Shown here piece after piece: positions 52,400 through 61,937 of a stretch of 61,937 bases of DNA. Both the position numbers and the translations under genes were made by a program. Origin of the DNA: Bacteroidales bacterium (lineage in GTDB: Bacteria; Bacteroidota; Bacteroidia; Bacteroidales; WCHB1-69); assembly GCA_024682995.1 (NCBI GenBank), contig JAIKYR010000153.1:1-61937 (forward strand), read 5' to 3'. The notes under the pieces are model-generated. The model saw only the letters and a list, made by a program, of their open reading frames with translations. It searched no databases and was not told the origin of the DNA. How positions within the stretch are numbered: position 1 is the first letter of the stretch; each line of letters begins with the position of its first letter.

Positions 52400-55300
52400 T
52401 TACTTCTTCACAAAGCTCTTCGTCACCACGCCCTTCTCCGTGCTGATGCGCACGAAGTACATGCCCGAGGAGAGCTCTCTCACATCAAGTTCCACTGTAT
52501 TGGCATCCGCTTCTATTGTCTTCAGCAATTTGCCATACACATCATACACCTGAACATTGTTCATTATGAATTGTTCATTATTAATTGTAAACCGTCCATT
52601 GTTCGGGTTCGGGTAGAGGCTGATAGTTTGCTCGTAGTCGTTGATGCCGACGCCCTGCGTAGTGAACGTCACCAAGTTGGACACACCGCTCGGGCCATCG
52701 TCGCAGTTAGCGACCACATAAGCCTGATAGGTCGTGGCCGGCTGCAAGCCTGTGAGGGTGTACGGATGCTCGTTAGCCGTAACTGTGGGCCATTGAGAGG
52801 TGCCCGATTCCTGATAGTAAACCGTCCAGGAGGTGGAAGTGCCGTTCTCCGTCCAGTCGAGCACCACGCTATTGGTACCCACGTCTGTGTAGTTCAGGTT
52901 GGTCGGATCGCTGCACGGTTCCGGTCCCGGGCCTTGGGCTTGCGTCTGGAAGGTCACAGCATTGGTCCAGTCGGAGACGTCGTTGTTGCCGCAGTTGGCG
53001 CGCACGCGCACGTCGTAGAACGTGCCGGGGGTGAGACCTGTGAAGTTGTAGGTGCGGGCCGTCAGCGGGATAGCATTACCCCAGTTGCTGGCGTTGTGCT
53101 GCTTGTACTGCAGATCCCAAGCTGTCTCCGTGCCACCCGCGTTCCAGGAAGCCGTGGCCGTGGTCTGCGTGATGGAAGAGGCCGGCACCGTCAAGCCCGT
53201 AGGCGTGGCACAAGTGGGCGGCGTAGGAGGCGTGGCATTGCTGTCCAACTCGATAATCAGATTATCCATCATGGCATAATACGTGCTTCCACCCATTAAA
53301 CCATGCTTAAAGGCAATATAATGGCCTGCTCCCGTATAGTTGGCGAAGCTCACCTCACGGCTTTCATACGTTGCCACCGAAGAACCTGGATAAACCGTGT
53401 CAACCGCCACAAAGGTATTGGCGTCCATCGGATTCGTCATCACGCCCACTTGCAAAGCACAAGTATAAGACGTACCTGACAAGCCTCTGAACATAAACTT
53501 GGCCTTCAATGTATTGACCGGAATGGAGGGGGCAAACTCCGGCGTAATGGCAATATTGTACATGGTGCCTGTTGTGAAGAAGTACAGACCCGCTGTGGAT
53601 CCATTGTATGCATAACTGGAATGGCAATATGGACGGTCTCCACTCGAATAGGTGTTGATCTTGCTCCAGCAGTTCGGATAGGCGGTCGTTCCCGTGCCGT
53701 ACGAGTCGAAATTCTCGGTATAAGGCAGCTGGCTGATGGCAGCGCACTGGGTGGCACCCGTCGCCTTTATACTCCAGGAGCTCACGTCGCCGCTACCGCA
53801 GTCGGCCTGCACGTAGAAGTCATACGTGGTGCTGGCAGACAAACCTGTGATGGTGGTGGTCGGCGTGTTATGCACCTGCACGGTGGTACCTGTACCTTGC
53901 ATGTATCCGGCAGGGCCGTATTCCACTATCCAGTCGTGGGCCGTACCCGTCTCCGTCCAACTCAACGTCACAGAATTCTGGGTTGAACTGGAAACCGTCA
54001 GATTCTGCGGCTTCGGACAGGTGGGGATGGTCTCCAACAGGATGTCATCAATATAGACCGAGTAGGTACCGCTCGTGTTCGTCAGCTTCAACGCCACGTA
54101 GGCACCCTGTCCCGTATAGCTGCTCAGGCTCACCTCTTTGGGTTCAAATGCTCCCGTTGTCGTATTGTTCACAGTAGTGATCGGCGTAAACGAAGTCTCA
54201 TCCAAAGGATTGGTTATCACGCCCACCGTGATTGTGGAAGTGGTACTGGATGTAGAACGCATCATGAACGACAGCTGCAGTGTGTTGATGGGGTTAGCCG
54301 TCACATCCACAAACGGAAGCACCGCAATATTATAGGTGGAGGTAGAGCAATAGAAATACAAACTGGCATTGCCGCTGTAATGATAAGACGTATTGATGTA
54401 CGGATAAAGCGTTGTGGTGGAATAGTCGTTCTTTCCGCTCCAACACGAAGGCAGCACGCCAGATCCGGAGCCCATATTGTCGAAATTCTCCGAATACGGT
54501 ATGGTTACAGCGTTACAGGCGGTTCTTGCAGAAGCCTTCGTGCTCCAGATGCTCATATCGCCACCACCGCAATCCGACTTCACGTAGAAGTCATACGCTG
54601 TGTTGGCGGCCAGACCCGTGATGGTGGTTGTCGGCGTGTTCTGCACCTGCACAGTAGTCCCCGTTCCCTGTGTATATCCGGCTGAGCCGTATTCCACCAC
54701 CCAGTTGTAGGCCGATCCCATTTCCGTCCATGTCAATGTAACATCGGACTGTGTCACCGTAGTGACGGCCAAATCATGCGGTCTCGGACAGCTCGGTATC
54801 AGGTCCAAACGAATGTTGTCCACATAGCCGGAGTTGTAGCTTGAGGCCGGTCTCGGAGCCATCAAAGCGATGTATTCTCCCGTTCCCGAATATTGGTCAA
54901 ACAACACATCGTAGCTGGCATACGTATTTGATGTCGTCACAATGGTATCGATTGGCACAAAGGTACTCTTGTTGGTCGGATCGGTCATCACACCCACCAC
55001 TAACTCGAACGTGTAGGAGGAATTATTTCGTGCGTCGAAAGAAAGCTGAAGGGTGCTCATGGCATTCGTACTGACATCCACTTTCGGCAAGATGGCAATC
55101 TGGTCATCATACGTTCCAGCCGTGATATACGTGTAGAAGCGTATGGAGTTGCTTCCTGAATAAGCTGAGGCGGTGCTACTGTAAATAATCGGATAGCCGG
55201 AATAGGTTGTCGAAGTGCCGTTGTTGAGGTAGTTCCAGCATAACGGCAGATTATTCGAGGATGCCGAGGTGCTTGTTGATCCGCTATAAGAATCGAAGTT

Positions 55301-58300
55301 CTCCGTGAACGGCAGCTGCGCAATCGGAAGACATTCTGTGGAAAACTCCTTGACCACCCAGTCGCTCACATCGTTGCCGCCACATTCGGAACGCATACGC
55401 ACCTTGTAGGGCGTGCCCGGGGTGAGGCCTGTCAGGGTTGCAGGACTGCTGGTCTGGGTGCCAGCCGTTGTCCACGTGGCCGCTCCATCGACTTGATACT
55501 CCAAGCTCCATTGGCTTTCCGTGTAACCCGGGGCCCAATCAATGGTGGCCGTCGTAGTGGTGACATCACGCACATACACATTCGGTGCAACGCAGGTAGC
55601 GTTGTTGTCACATCCGCCACCGAACTTGACATTGCTGCGGTTGCCGGAAGAGTAACTGCTAGCTGTCGGAGGATTGCTCGGATCGGGATCAGTAGAGTCA
55701 CTATAATAGTATATTGAGCGGTAATTGGGACTCGTGGAATGTACTTTGAACACGTACGCTGAACCACTGTATCCATCAGAATTATCGTCTATAGCCATTA
55801 CCAGATTGGAAGTTCCATTGTACTGGAATGGAGTTTGGAACACAAACGTATTCCATCCCTGCTGGCAATCCAGCGGACCTCTATACACCAGCGTCATACC
55901 CGAGATTGCAATGTAATCCGTTGTGCTTGTAAATGTTGACTTGGTCGTATGGCCCAGATAGATGGAGACTTCCGGTTTTCTCGAACCGTCTGAGTAAGCA
56001 TATTCGAAAGAGACACTTCTTAATGTGCCCGCTCCACCCATCTCGGATGCCAGATAAATCTGCTGTGAATAGGTGAAATGATAGTAATTGTTGACAGGCA
56101 GATAGTAGCTGGTCGTAGTGCCGTTGCCTATCTGGATTTCCCGTTCAACCAGACAAGCTGGTGTGGCGAATTGCGCCGTAGCCCAATAATTGCTCGAGCT
56201 TCCGTCGGTGCAGTTGGCCTTCACCCGCACATCGTAGTTTGTGTTTAAAGTCAGGCCGCCCAGCATGTACGGGGAGGCTGTCACGCTGTAGGATGCCGGC
56301 GTCCAGTTGTTCGTGCCGTGGACTGCATATTCCACCGTGTAGGAGGAAGGTGTTCCGAACATGCCGTCATCCCATGACAGCAAAGCGGAGGTGGCGGCCA
56401 CCTGGCTCACCGTCAGGTTACGTACAGGCGAACAGGAAGGAGCCACATCCACTATGATGTTATCCACATAGCCGTAGTTGTAACCGGAAGCCGGTTTCGG
56501 AGCCTTTATCGCAATGAAGTTGCCGGAACCCGTATATTGGGCGAACGAGATTTCGTACGAAGCATACGCGGTTGATGTAGAGCTGATGGTCTGCACCGGC
56601 ACAAAGGTAGTCATGTCGGACGGATTGCTCATCACACCCACCACCAGTTCAAATGCGTATGAGGTATTGAGAGCCCGTGCATCAAACGACATCATCAGAT
56701 TGCTCCACGGGTTGACCGTGGCATCAATCGGAGGCAGGATAGCCACCTGATCATCATACGTTCCAGCCGTGGTGTACGTATAGAAGCGCATGGCGTTGCT
56801 GCCGGAAGCTGCATACGAGGAGCTATTGTAGATAATCGGGTAGCCGGAATAGCTCGTCGAGGTGCCATGGTTGTAGTTAGCCCAACAGGATGGGAGATTG
56901 TTCTCGCTAACAGAAGTGGTGGTGGCACCCGCATACGAATCGAAATTCTCGATAAACGGAAGCGTGGTAAATGCCTGGCATGGTGTCTTGAAGGAGGTTG
57001 AGATCCATTCGCTGTAACCCAGTCCATTGGAGCATACCGTACGCAAGTAGGCATTGTACCGGGTGTTCACATTCAGAGTGCTCAACGAATAGAAATTGCT
57101 TGTGACCGTTTGTGCCTGCGTAAAGTCCGGCGTCTGGTTGGCCGGAACCACCAACAGCTGCCAAGTACTCTCCATAACATCATCTGTCCACGAAAAATCT
57201 GCGGAAGTGGGGGTCAGATTGGAGACCTGGAAACTGGTCGGGTTGGAACAGCTCGGAGCCACATCCAACAGAATGTTATCCACATAACCGTAGTTGTATC
57301 CGGAGGTCGGTTGCGGAGCTCTCATGGCGATATAGCTGCCCGTACCCGTATATTGGTCAAGCAAGACACCATAATGGGCGTATGATGTTGAGGAGGTGTT
57401 AATGGTGTCAACTGGCACAAAGGTGTTCATATCGGACGGGTTCGTCATAACACCTATTACCAACTGGAAGGTGTAAGAGGTAGAGTTGGCGCGTGCGTCA
57501 AACGAGAGCTTCAGCGTATTCAAGGGGAGGGTTGTAACATCCACCAGAGGCAGGATGGCCACTTGGTCGTCATACGTTCCTGCCGTGGTATAGGTGTAGA
57601 AACGCATGGCATTACTGCCGGAAGCTGCACTCGAGGAGCTGTTGTAAATGATCGGGTATCCGGAATAGCTCGTCGAGGTGCCATGGTTGTAGTTGTCCCA
57701 ACAAGAAGGCAGGTTGTTCACGCTGACTGAAGTGGTCGTGGAACCCGCATACGAATCGAAGTTCTCCGTGAACGGGAGTGTAGAAATAGCCACGCAGGCT
57801 GTGCGGAATGTGCCGACTTCCCAAACGCTGTTCTCGCCGTTGTTGCAGTGTCCCTGCACGAAGACCTCATACGGGGTATTGCCGGTGAGGTTCGCAAGCG
57901 ATATGGTCGGCGTTCCATAGATGGTTTGTGGAGTTTCCAAATTCGGGTTGGTGACGGAACCGGCAGGGGCAACCACCACGTTCCATTCCACCTCATCTCC
58001 ACCAGGTGTCCAAATCACATCCGCCGAAGTGGCCGTGATAGAGGAAGCCACCGCATGGACATTCTCTGCATGCAGACAGTTGGGGATATAATCGATTTGC
58101 ACATCGTCCAAATACATATAATTGGTAATCCTCGGCGAACGGAATGCCACATACTTGCCGTTGCCGGTGTATCCGCTGGTACGGATCTCCGCATTCTCGA
58201 AATCAAGGGTGTTGCCAGACGGGGCAAACGTGCCCACGGCTGTGAACGTGCTGTAATCGTTCGGGTCGGTCATAATACCCACCTCGATGAAATGAGGGCT

Positions 58301-61300
58301 GGAAACAGAATTCCTCCTTGCTTTGAAGCGGACAAGCAGGCTATCCATTCTCGTGCCATCGTCGAAACGCGGACTGGCCAGATACGCGTAATAGGCGCTT
58401 GTCGTATAGAAATAAACGGAGTTGGGACTTGATTCGCTGTATGAAGCGTAAAGATACGGATAAGCTGTCGAGTTGTTCGTGTTCCTTGTCCAGCACGGCA
58501 CCATGGCGCCCGTGGCAGCGGTCGTGCTGTCGAAGTTCTGCATATACGGCACCGTGATGGCCGCACACTCGGTTTCAGCGGTCAGCTCCCGCCACACGCT
58601 GTAGTCTCCGCCGCCGCAATCCGAACGCAGACGGATATCATAAAGCGTGTTGGAAGTCAGGCCCGTGATGATTTGAGGCGAGGTGGCACCCGGCACCTGG
58701 GTCCAGTTGACATCATTATCCGCCTTATACTCAAGTTCCCAAGAACTTTCCGAACCACCAGGAGCCCACGTCACCTCTATGCTTTCGTGGTCACGGTCGG
58801 AGATATAGGCATTGGGCTTATAGCACGTCACGGTGCTGTCACACACCGTAAGGAACTTGATGTTGTTACGGTAATAGCTACGTGAACTGGCCGTCGGAGG
58901 ACTTTGCGGATTGGGGTTGGTGCTTTCATTATAATGATACATGGTCCTATAGTTAGGACTTTGCGTCTTATATGCGAACACATACGAAGTGCTGGAAGCG
59001 GCATTGGAGTTGTCATCCACCACAACCACCAAATTGCTTGTGCCATTGTAGTGGAAAACGGAATTGAACACAAATGTGTTCCAACCCATCGTACAATTCA
59101 AATTGCCGGAATACACCAATTGCAAGTCACTGTATGGCACCCAGTCGGTGGTGGAAGAAAATGTGCTCTTCGTGGTGTGACCCAAGTAGATGTTCACATT
59201 GGATCTGGATGTCAAAGCTGTAGCATACTTGTATTCAAATGCAATGCTCTTGATATCCATCGGTGTACCACCCAATTCGGATGCCAAGAATATCTGTTGC
59301 GAATAGGAATATTTGTAACTGGAACTATTGTACACCGGAATATAGTATGTAGTGGCTGCACCATCGGTGAACTCCACATCGGAGCTGCTGTAACAAGAAG
59401 TGGTGAACATACCCGTCGCAACTTCCGGAGTGCCATTGGAACAGTTGCGGTAAACACGCACATGGTACGGGGTCTGCTGGGTCAAACCCGTAAGCATCAC
59501 ATGGGTTCCAGTCACGACCTCCGTGTTCCATGTGACGTTGTCGCTGGTATATTCCACGGTATAGCTACCGTCGCCATACTGTGAATCCAGCCATGACACC
59601 ATAACCGAGGCACCGGAAATCTGGCTGAACGTCAGATTCGTGGGTGCGGAACAAAGCGGAGTGGCAGCCACCATCACCTCGTCCACATACATATAGGTCA
59701 TCACCGTGGACACCGGTGCATAGAAGGCAACATACACGGGTGTGGAATAGGTCTCGTTCAACGGCACACTGAAGCTGTACCATGTGTTGAGCGCGGCGAA
59801 TTCATCCGTATAATGGGATCTCAAGCAAGTGAAGGTGGATGGATCATCCGGATCCGTCATAATGCCGACATCCATGCGGGCGTATGAAAGACTGCTGGAA
59901 GTCAACAATTTGTAACTGATGGCCAAGTCGCCTCCACTGTAATTCGACAGGTCAAGAGCCTGCGAGGTGGCATACATGTAGTTGGCAGCCGGCTTGTAGA
60001 AATAGAGAGCCGTAGAACCTTGTGAATGATAAGAGGTACTCACATAAGGGTACTCTGTGGTGGAAACATAGTCGGTTTTTGCCGTCCAGCATATCGGCAT
60101 GGTACCCGAACCGGAACCCACGCCCTCGAAGCTTTCAAAATAAGGTATTGTACTGGTCGGGAAACATTTGGTATGGAATTTCACCGGATCTGACCAGTCG
60201 CTCATGTCATTGTTGCCACAATCGGCTTTCACATACACATCATACATGGTGGCATCCGTCAGGTTTTGCACCGTATAAGGATACTGGGTCGCATATTCCG
60301 GCGTGCCATTGGTCACAGGCTGGCCATGCGGCACCACCACCACCTGCCAGTTGTTCTCACCGCTACGTGGCGTCCAGCTGATGGTGGCACTGTTGGTTGT
60401 GGTAGATGTCACCTCCACATTCACCGGATGCTTACAAGTGGGGATGAGGCTGATATTAATATCATCCAGATATATGTTATAATTGCTTGTGAAATTCGTT
60501 TTGAGGGCGATATAGGAACCCGTACCTGTATAGGAGGAGAGTTCCACTTCGTATGGTTCAAAGACACTGGCAGCAGTGGGGGTTATCGTTTGCACCGGAG
60601 TGAAAGTGGTCATATCACTCGGATTGGTCATCACACCCACAATCAGTTTTGCGGCAGTGGAACTGGGCCGCATCTTGAACGACACCTGCAACGTGTTGAC
60701 CGGGATGGTCGGATCCATTGGCGGAAGCGCGATGGATGAATAAATAGAAGAGTATGTGGAATATGTGCTGTTCGTGAGACAATAGAAATAGAGCGATTTG
60801 GTACCCGAAGTGCTATAACTCGTATTCACATACGGATATGTAGTGGGGCTGTACAAACCGTTGCGTGTCCAACAGGAAATGGCACTTCCGGAGCCGGAAG
60901 TGAATGTTTCAAAATTCTCCGTATAGGGAAGATGGGTTATATACCCGCAATCGGTCCGGAAGGAGTACTGCATCCACATACTGCTGTCGGAGGTACTGCA
61001 CACCGCCTTCACATACACATCGTAGGAGGTTCCACCGTTCAGATTGTTGAGAGTGAAACTTGGCGTATAGACGGTGGAGGCCGTTGCCAATTCATAATCG
61101 GGATCCACAATGGTACCCGCAGGGCCAGACACCACAATCCACTCCTGCTCGGTACCACCGGCAGTCCAGGTGACATTGGCGGAGGTGGAACTCACCGCCG
61201 TCGTGTGAATGTTCGTCACGTGCGGACAAGTGGGCAATTCATGGATATTGACGTCATCTACATACATATAACTGGAGACATCACCTGGAACGCGGAACGC

Positions 61301-61937
61301 AATATATTTGCCTTGACCCGTATAGATCGCCGTACTCACATCAAACAATTCCCATGTGGAGGTGGCGGAAGGCGAAATATCCTGGCCAATCTGCACAAAA
61401 GTGTTGGGATCATCCGGGTCGCTCATCACACCCACCTGGATGAAATAGCTGGCGGAAGTCTTGTAGGCCCAGAAGCTCACCTCCAAGTTATTCATCTGCA
61501 CCGCATCATCCAAACGCGGGGAGATAAGATAGGAGTAGTGCGGCGTAGGACCGTAGAAATAAACGGAATGGGTGCCGGAATGATGGTAGGAGGTGGAGGC
61601 GTATGGATAAGCCGATGTGTAGCTGGTAAGCGTACCCCAGCAGTCCACCATATTGCCTGTGGTGGATCCGACAGCAGCATCAAAGTCTTCGGTCAGCGGG
61701 AGGGTTGCCGCTGCGCAAGGCGTGTGTGCCCGCACCGATGTCCAGGAGCTGTAGTCGCCACCGCCGCAATCCGAGCGCAAACGGATATAATATTCCGTAT
61801 TGGGGGTCAGCGTGGACAGCGTGTAAGGAGCCGTCACCGAGCCTTCCGGAGTCCACGTGGCGCCGTTGGTGCTGTATTCCATCTGCCAAGCGGATTCCGT
61901 ATTGCCGGGAACCCAATTCACCGTAATGCTCGTTTCG
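52400..61937 (-). CDS. Giant T9SS-secreted protein, partial (>3,178 aa; N-terminus beyond right edge): nine Fn3 + choice-of-anchor-J/MAM-like modules, type A CTD
   Basis: The frame is open to the window edge. The ORF-track start at 61921 is an internal GTG, and the upstream codons read ETSIT continuing an Fn3 motif. The pattern LP(Y/F)TENF(D/E)...CW occurs 9 times. CTD: ISLYPNPNNGRF...VQVYDVYGKLL...SGMYFVRISTEKGVVTKSFVKK. Confidence 0.85.
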   Translation of the reverse strand, partial: ETSITVNWVPGNTESAWQMEYSTNGATWTPEGSVTAPYTLSTLTPNTEYYIRLRSDCGGGDYSSWTSVRAHTPCAAATLPLTEDFDAAVGSTTGNMVDCWGTLTSYTSAYPYASTSYHHSGTHSVYFYGPTPHYSYLISPRLDDAVQMNNLEVSFWAYKTSASYFIQVGVMSDPDDPNTFVQIGQDISPSATSTWELFDVSTAIYTGQGKYIAFRVPGDVSSYMYVDDVNIHELPTCPHVTNIHTTAVSSTSANVTWTAGGTEQEWIVVSGPAGTIVDPDYELATASTVYTPSFTLNNLNGGTSYDVYVKAVCSTSDSSMWMQYSFRTDCGYITHLPYTENFETFTSGSGSAISCWTRNGLYSPTTYPYVNTSYSTSGTKSLYFYCLTNSTYSTYSSIYSSIALPPMDPTIPVNTLQVSFKMRPSSTAAKLIVGVMTNPSDMTTFTPVQTITPTAASVFEPYEVELSSYTGTGSYIALKTNFTSNYNIYLDDINISLIPTCKHPVNVEVTSTTTNSATISWTPRSGENNWQVVVVPHGQPVTNGTPEYATQYPYTVQNLTDATMYDVYVKADCGNNDMSDWSDPVKFHTKCFPTSTIPYFESFEGVGSGSGTMPICWTAKTDYVSTTEYPYVSTSYHSQGSTALYFYKPAANYMYATSQALDLSNYSGGDLAISYKLLTSSSLSYARMDVGIMTDPDDPSTFTCLRSHYTDEFAALNTWYSFSVPLNETYSTPVYVAFYAPVSTVMTYMYVDEVMVAATPLCSAPTNLTFSQISGASVMVSWLDSQYGDGSYTVEYTSDNVTWNTEVVTGTHVMLTGLTQQTPYHVRVYRNCSNGTPEVATGMFTTSCYSSSDVEFTDGAATTYYIPVYNSSSYKYSYSQQIFLASELGGTPMDIKSIAFEYKYATALTSRSNVNIYLGHTTKSTFSSTTDWVPYSDLQLVYSGNLNCTMGWNTFVFNSVFHYNGTSNLVVVVDDNSNAASSTSYVFAYKTQSPNYRTMYHYNESTNPNPQSPPTASSRSYYRNNIKFLTVCDSTVTCYKPNAYISDRDHESIEVTWAPGGSESSWELEYKADNDVNWTQVPGATSPQIITGLTSNTLYDIRLRSDCGGGDYSVWRELTAETECAAITVPYMQNFDSTTAATGAMVPCWTRNTNNSTAYPYLYASYSESSPNSVYFYTTSAYYAYLASPRFDDGTRMDSLLVRFKARRNSVSSPHFIEVGIMTDPNDYSTFTAVGTFAPSGNTLDFENAEIRTSGYTGNGKYVAFRSPRITNYMYLDDVQIDYIPNCLHAENVHAVASSITATSADVIWTPGGDEVEWNVVVAPAGSVTNPNLETPQTIYGTPTISLANLTGNTPYEVFVQGHCNNGENSVWEVGTFRTACVAISTLPFTENFDSYAGSTTTSVSVNNLPSCWDNYNHGTSTSYSGYPIIYNSSSSAASGSNAMRFYTYTTAGTYDDQVAILPLVDVTTLPLNTLKLSFDARANSTSYTFQLVIGVMTNPSDMNTFVPVDTINTSSTSYAHYGVLLDQYTGTGSYIAMRAPQPTSGYNYGYVDNILLDVAPSCSNPTSFQVSNLTPTSADFSWTDDVMESTWQLLVVPANQTPDFTQAQTVTSNFYSLSTLNVNTRYNAYLRTVCSNGLGYSEWISTSFKTPCQAFTTLPFIENFDSYAGATTTSVSENNLPSCWANYNHGTSTSYSGYPIIYNSSSYAASGSNAMRFYTYTTAGTYDDQVAILPPIDATVNPWSNLMMSFDARALNTSYAFELVVGVMSNPSDMTTFVPVQTISSTSTAYASYEISFAQYTGSGNFIAIKAPKPASGYNYGYVDNIIVDVAPSCSPVRNLTVSQVAATSALLSWDDGMFGTPSSYTVEYAVHGTNNWTPASYSVTASPYMLGGLTLNTNYDVRVKANCTDGSSSNYWATAQFATPACLVEREIQIGNGTTTSYYLPVNNYYHFTYSQQIYLASEMGGAGTLRSVSFEYAYSDGSRKPEVSIYLGHTTKSTFTSTTDYIAISGMTLVYRGPLDCQQGWNTFVFQTPFQYNGTSNLVMAIDDNSDGYSGSAYVFKVHSTSPNYRSIYYYSDSTDPDPSNPPTASSYSSGNRSNVKFGGGCDNNATCVAPNVYVRDVTTTTATIDWAPGYTESQWSLEYQVDGAATWTTAGTQTSSPATLTGLTPGTPYKVRMRSECGGNDVSDWVVKEFSTECLPIAQLPFTENFDSYSGSTSTSASSNNLPLCWNYLNNGTSTTYSGYPIIYSSTASAYSGSNSIRFYTYITAGTYDDQIAILPKVDVSTNAMSTLQLSFDARNNSSYTFELVVGVMTDPTNKSTFVPIDTIVTTSNTYASYDVLFDQYSGTGEYIALMAPRPASSYNSGYVDNIRLDLIPSCPRPHDLAVTTVTQSDVTLTWTEMGSAYNWVVEYGSAGYTQGTGTTVQVQNTPTTTITGLAANTAYDFYVKSDCGGGDMSIWSTKASARTACNAVTIPYSENFDNMGSGSGVLPSCWSGKNDYSTTTLYPYINTSYHYSGNASLYFYCSTSTYNIAVLPFVDVTANPINTLQLSFMMRSTSSTTSTITVGVITNPLDETSFTPITTVNNTTTGAFEPKEVSLSSYTGQGAYVALKLTNTSGTYSVYIDDILLETIPTCPKPQNLTVSSSTQNSVTLSWTETGTAHDWIVEYGPAGYMQGTGTTVQVHNTPTTTITGLSASTTYDFYVQADCGSGDVSSWSIKATGATQCAAISQLPYTENFDSYGTGTTAYPNCWSKINTYSSGDRPYCHSSYAYNGSTAGLYFFTTGTMYNIAITPEFAPSIPVNTLKAKFMFRGLSGTSYTCALQVGVMTNPMDANTFVAVDTVYPGSSVATYESREVSFANYTGAGHYIAFKHGLMGGSTYYAMMDNLIIELDSNATPPTPPTCATPTGLTVPASSITQTTATASWNAGGTETAWDLQYKQHNASNWGNAIPLTARTYNFTGLTPGTFYDVRVRANCGNNDVSDWTNAVTFQTQAQGPGPEPCSDPTNLNYTDVGTNSVVLDWTENGTSTSWTVYYQESGTSQWPTVTANEHPYTLTGLQPATTYQAYVVANCDDGPSGVSNLVTFTTQGVGINDYEQTISLYPNPNNGRFTINNEQFIMNNVQVYDVYGKLLKTIEADANTVELDVRELSSGMYFVRISTEKGVVTKSFVKK
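52403..52624 (-). other. T9SS type A C-terminal sorting domain
   Basis: The last 74 aa of the right-hand giant protein. Confidence 0.7.
55580..56158 (-). other. Unnamed ~193-aa module, copy 2
   Basis: ACLVEREIQIGNGTTTSYYLPVNNYYHFTYSQQIYLASEMGG...SIYLGHTTKSTFTSTTDY...GWNTFVFQTPFQYNGTSNLVMAIDDNS...DPDPSNPPTASS...CDNNATCVAPN. Confidence 0.6.
56435..58078 (-). repeat. Two tandem Fn3 + choice-of-anchor-J-like modules (816 and 828 nt), closely related (coding)
   Basis: The Cys codons opening each module are at 56432-34, 57248-50 and 58076-78. The two modules share long stretches (LPF(T/I)ENFDSYAG.TTTSVS.NNLPSCW.NYNHGTSTSYSGYPIIYNSSS.AASGSNAMRFYTYTTAGTYDDQVAILP). A third related copy lies at about 54800-55330. 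Confidence 0.7.
58811..59395 (-). other. Unnamed ~195-aa module, copy 1
   Basis: CYSSSDVEFTDGAATTYYIPVYNSSSYKYSYSQQIFLASELGG...NIYLGHTTKSTFSSTTDW...GWNTFVFNSVFHYNGTSNLVVVVDDNS...NPNPQSPPTASS...CDSTVTCYKPN. Confidence 0.6.

Noticed and set aside
52571-60739. Plus-strand ORFs within 52400-61937, for example 52571-53299, 57848-58432, 58904-59584 and 60266-60739.
   Set aside because: They are antisense to a continuous 9.5-kb ORF with clear domain grammar and a CTD. Their compositions are Arg/Gly/His-rich and repeat-derived.
1-61937. Mobile elements, prophage, integrative islands, tRNA/rRNA genes, and multi-gene defence systems.
   Set aside because: I recognised no integrase, transposase, recombinase, phage structural, restriction-modification, Cas or other defence-type motifs in any frame. 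No spacer is long and structured enough for a tRNA or rRNA. The only defence- or stress-type module is the HepT/MntA pair.

Overview
This 61.9-kb chromosomal segment reads as Bacteroidota, probably Bacteroidales. The support is TAnnTTTG -7 promoter boxes 17-75 nt upstream of many start codons, T9SS C-terminal sorting domains, and the gene content. Finer taxonomy cannot be called by eye. I call 41 protein-coding genes and found no rRNA, tRNA, CRISPR, integrase or transposase. About 60% is housekeeping: murG, folD, ffh, kbl, hisS, ygiQ, ruvX, def, rnhB, leuS, tlyA, dnaA, recJ and others. About 40% is four T9SS cargo genes. (1) A complete 3,685-aa protein at 29819-40876 with a CUB-like domain, Fn3, an unnamed domain, about 11 two-Cys repeats, about 34 Ig-like repeats and a type A CTD. 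(2) A protein of more than 3,178 aa, open at the right edge (52400 to beyond 61937), with nine Fn3 + choice-of-anchor-J-like modules, two copies of an unnamed ~195-aa module and a type A CTD. (3, 4) Two tandem paralogues at 20251-24386 that share a ~400-aa passenger but end in different sorting-domain classes (type B versus type A). Other accessory content is a HepT/MntA toxin-antitoxin pair between ffh and a ybjQ-like gene. The most unusual non-coding signal is a dispersed spacer element built of YAATTRA heptad arrays. These arrays begin at or next to the stop codons of four genes, always in the sense orientation of that gene. I did not find a convincing multi-gene novel defence-type system. 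The best follow-up candidates are the CTD-swap paralogue locus with its shared unnamed domain, the unnamed module in the right-hand giant gene, and the heptad-array spacer family. All domain names come from motif recognition by eye; no searches or computations were run.
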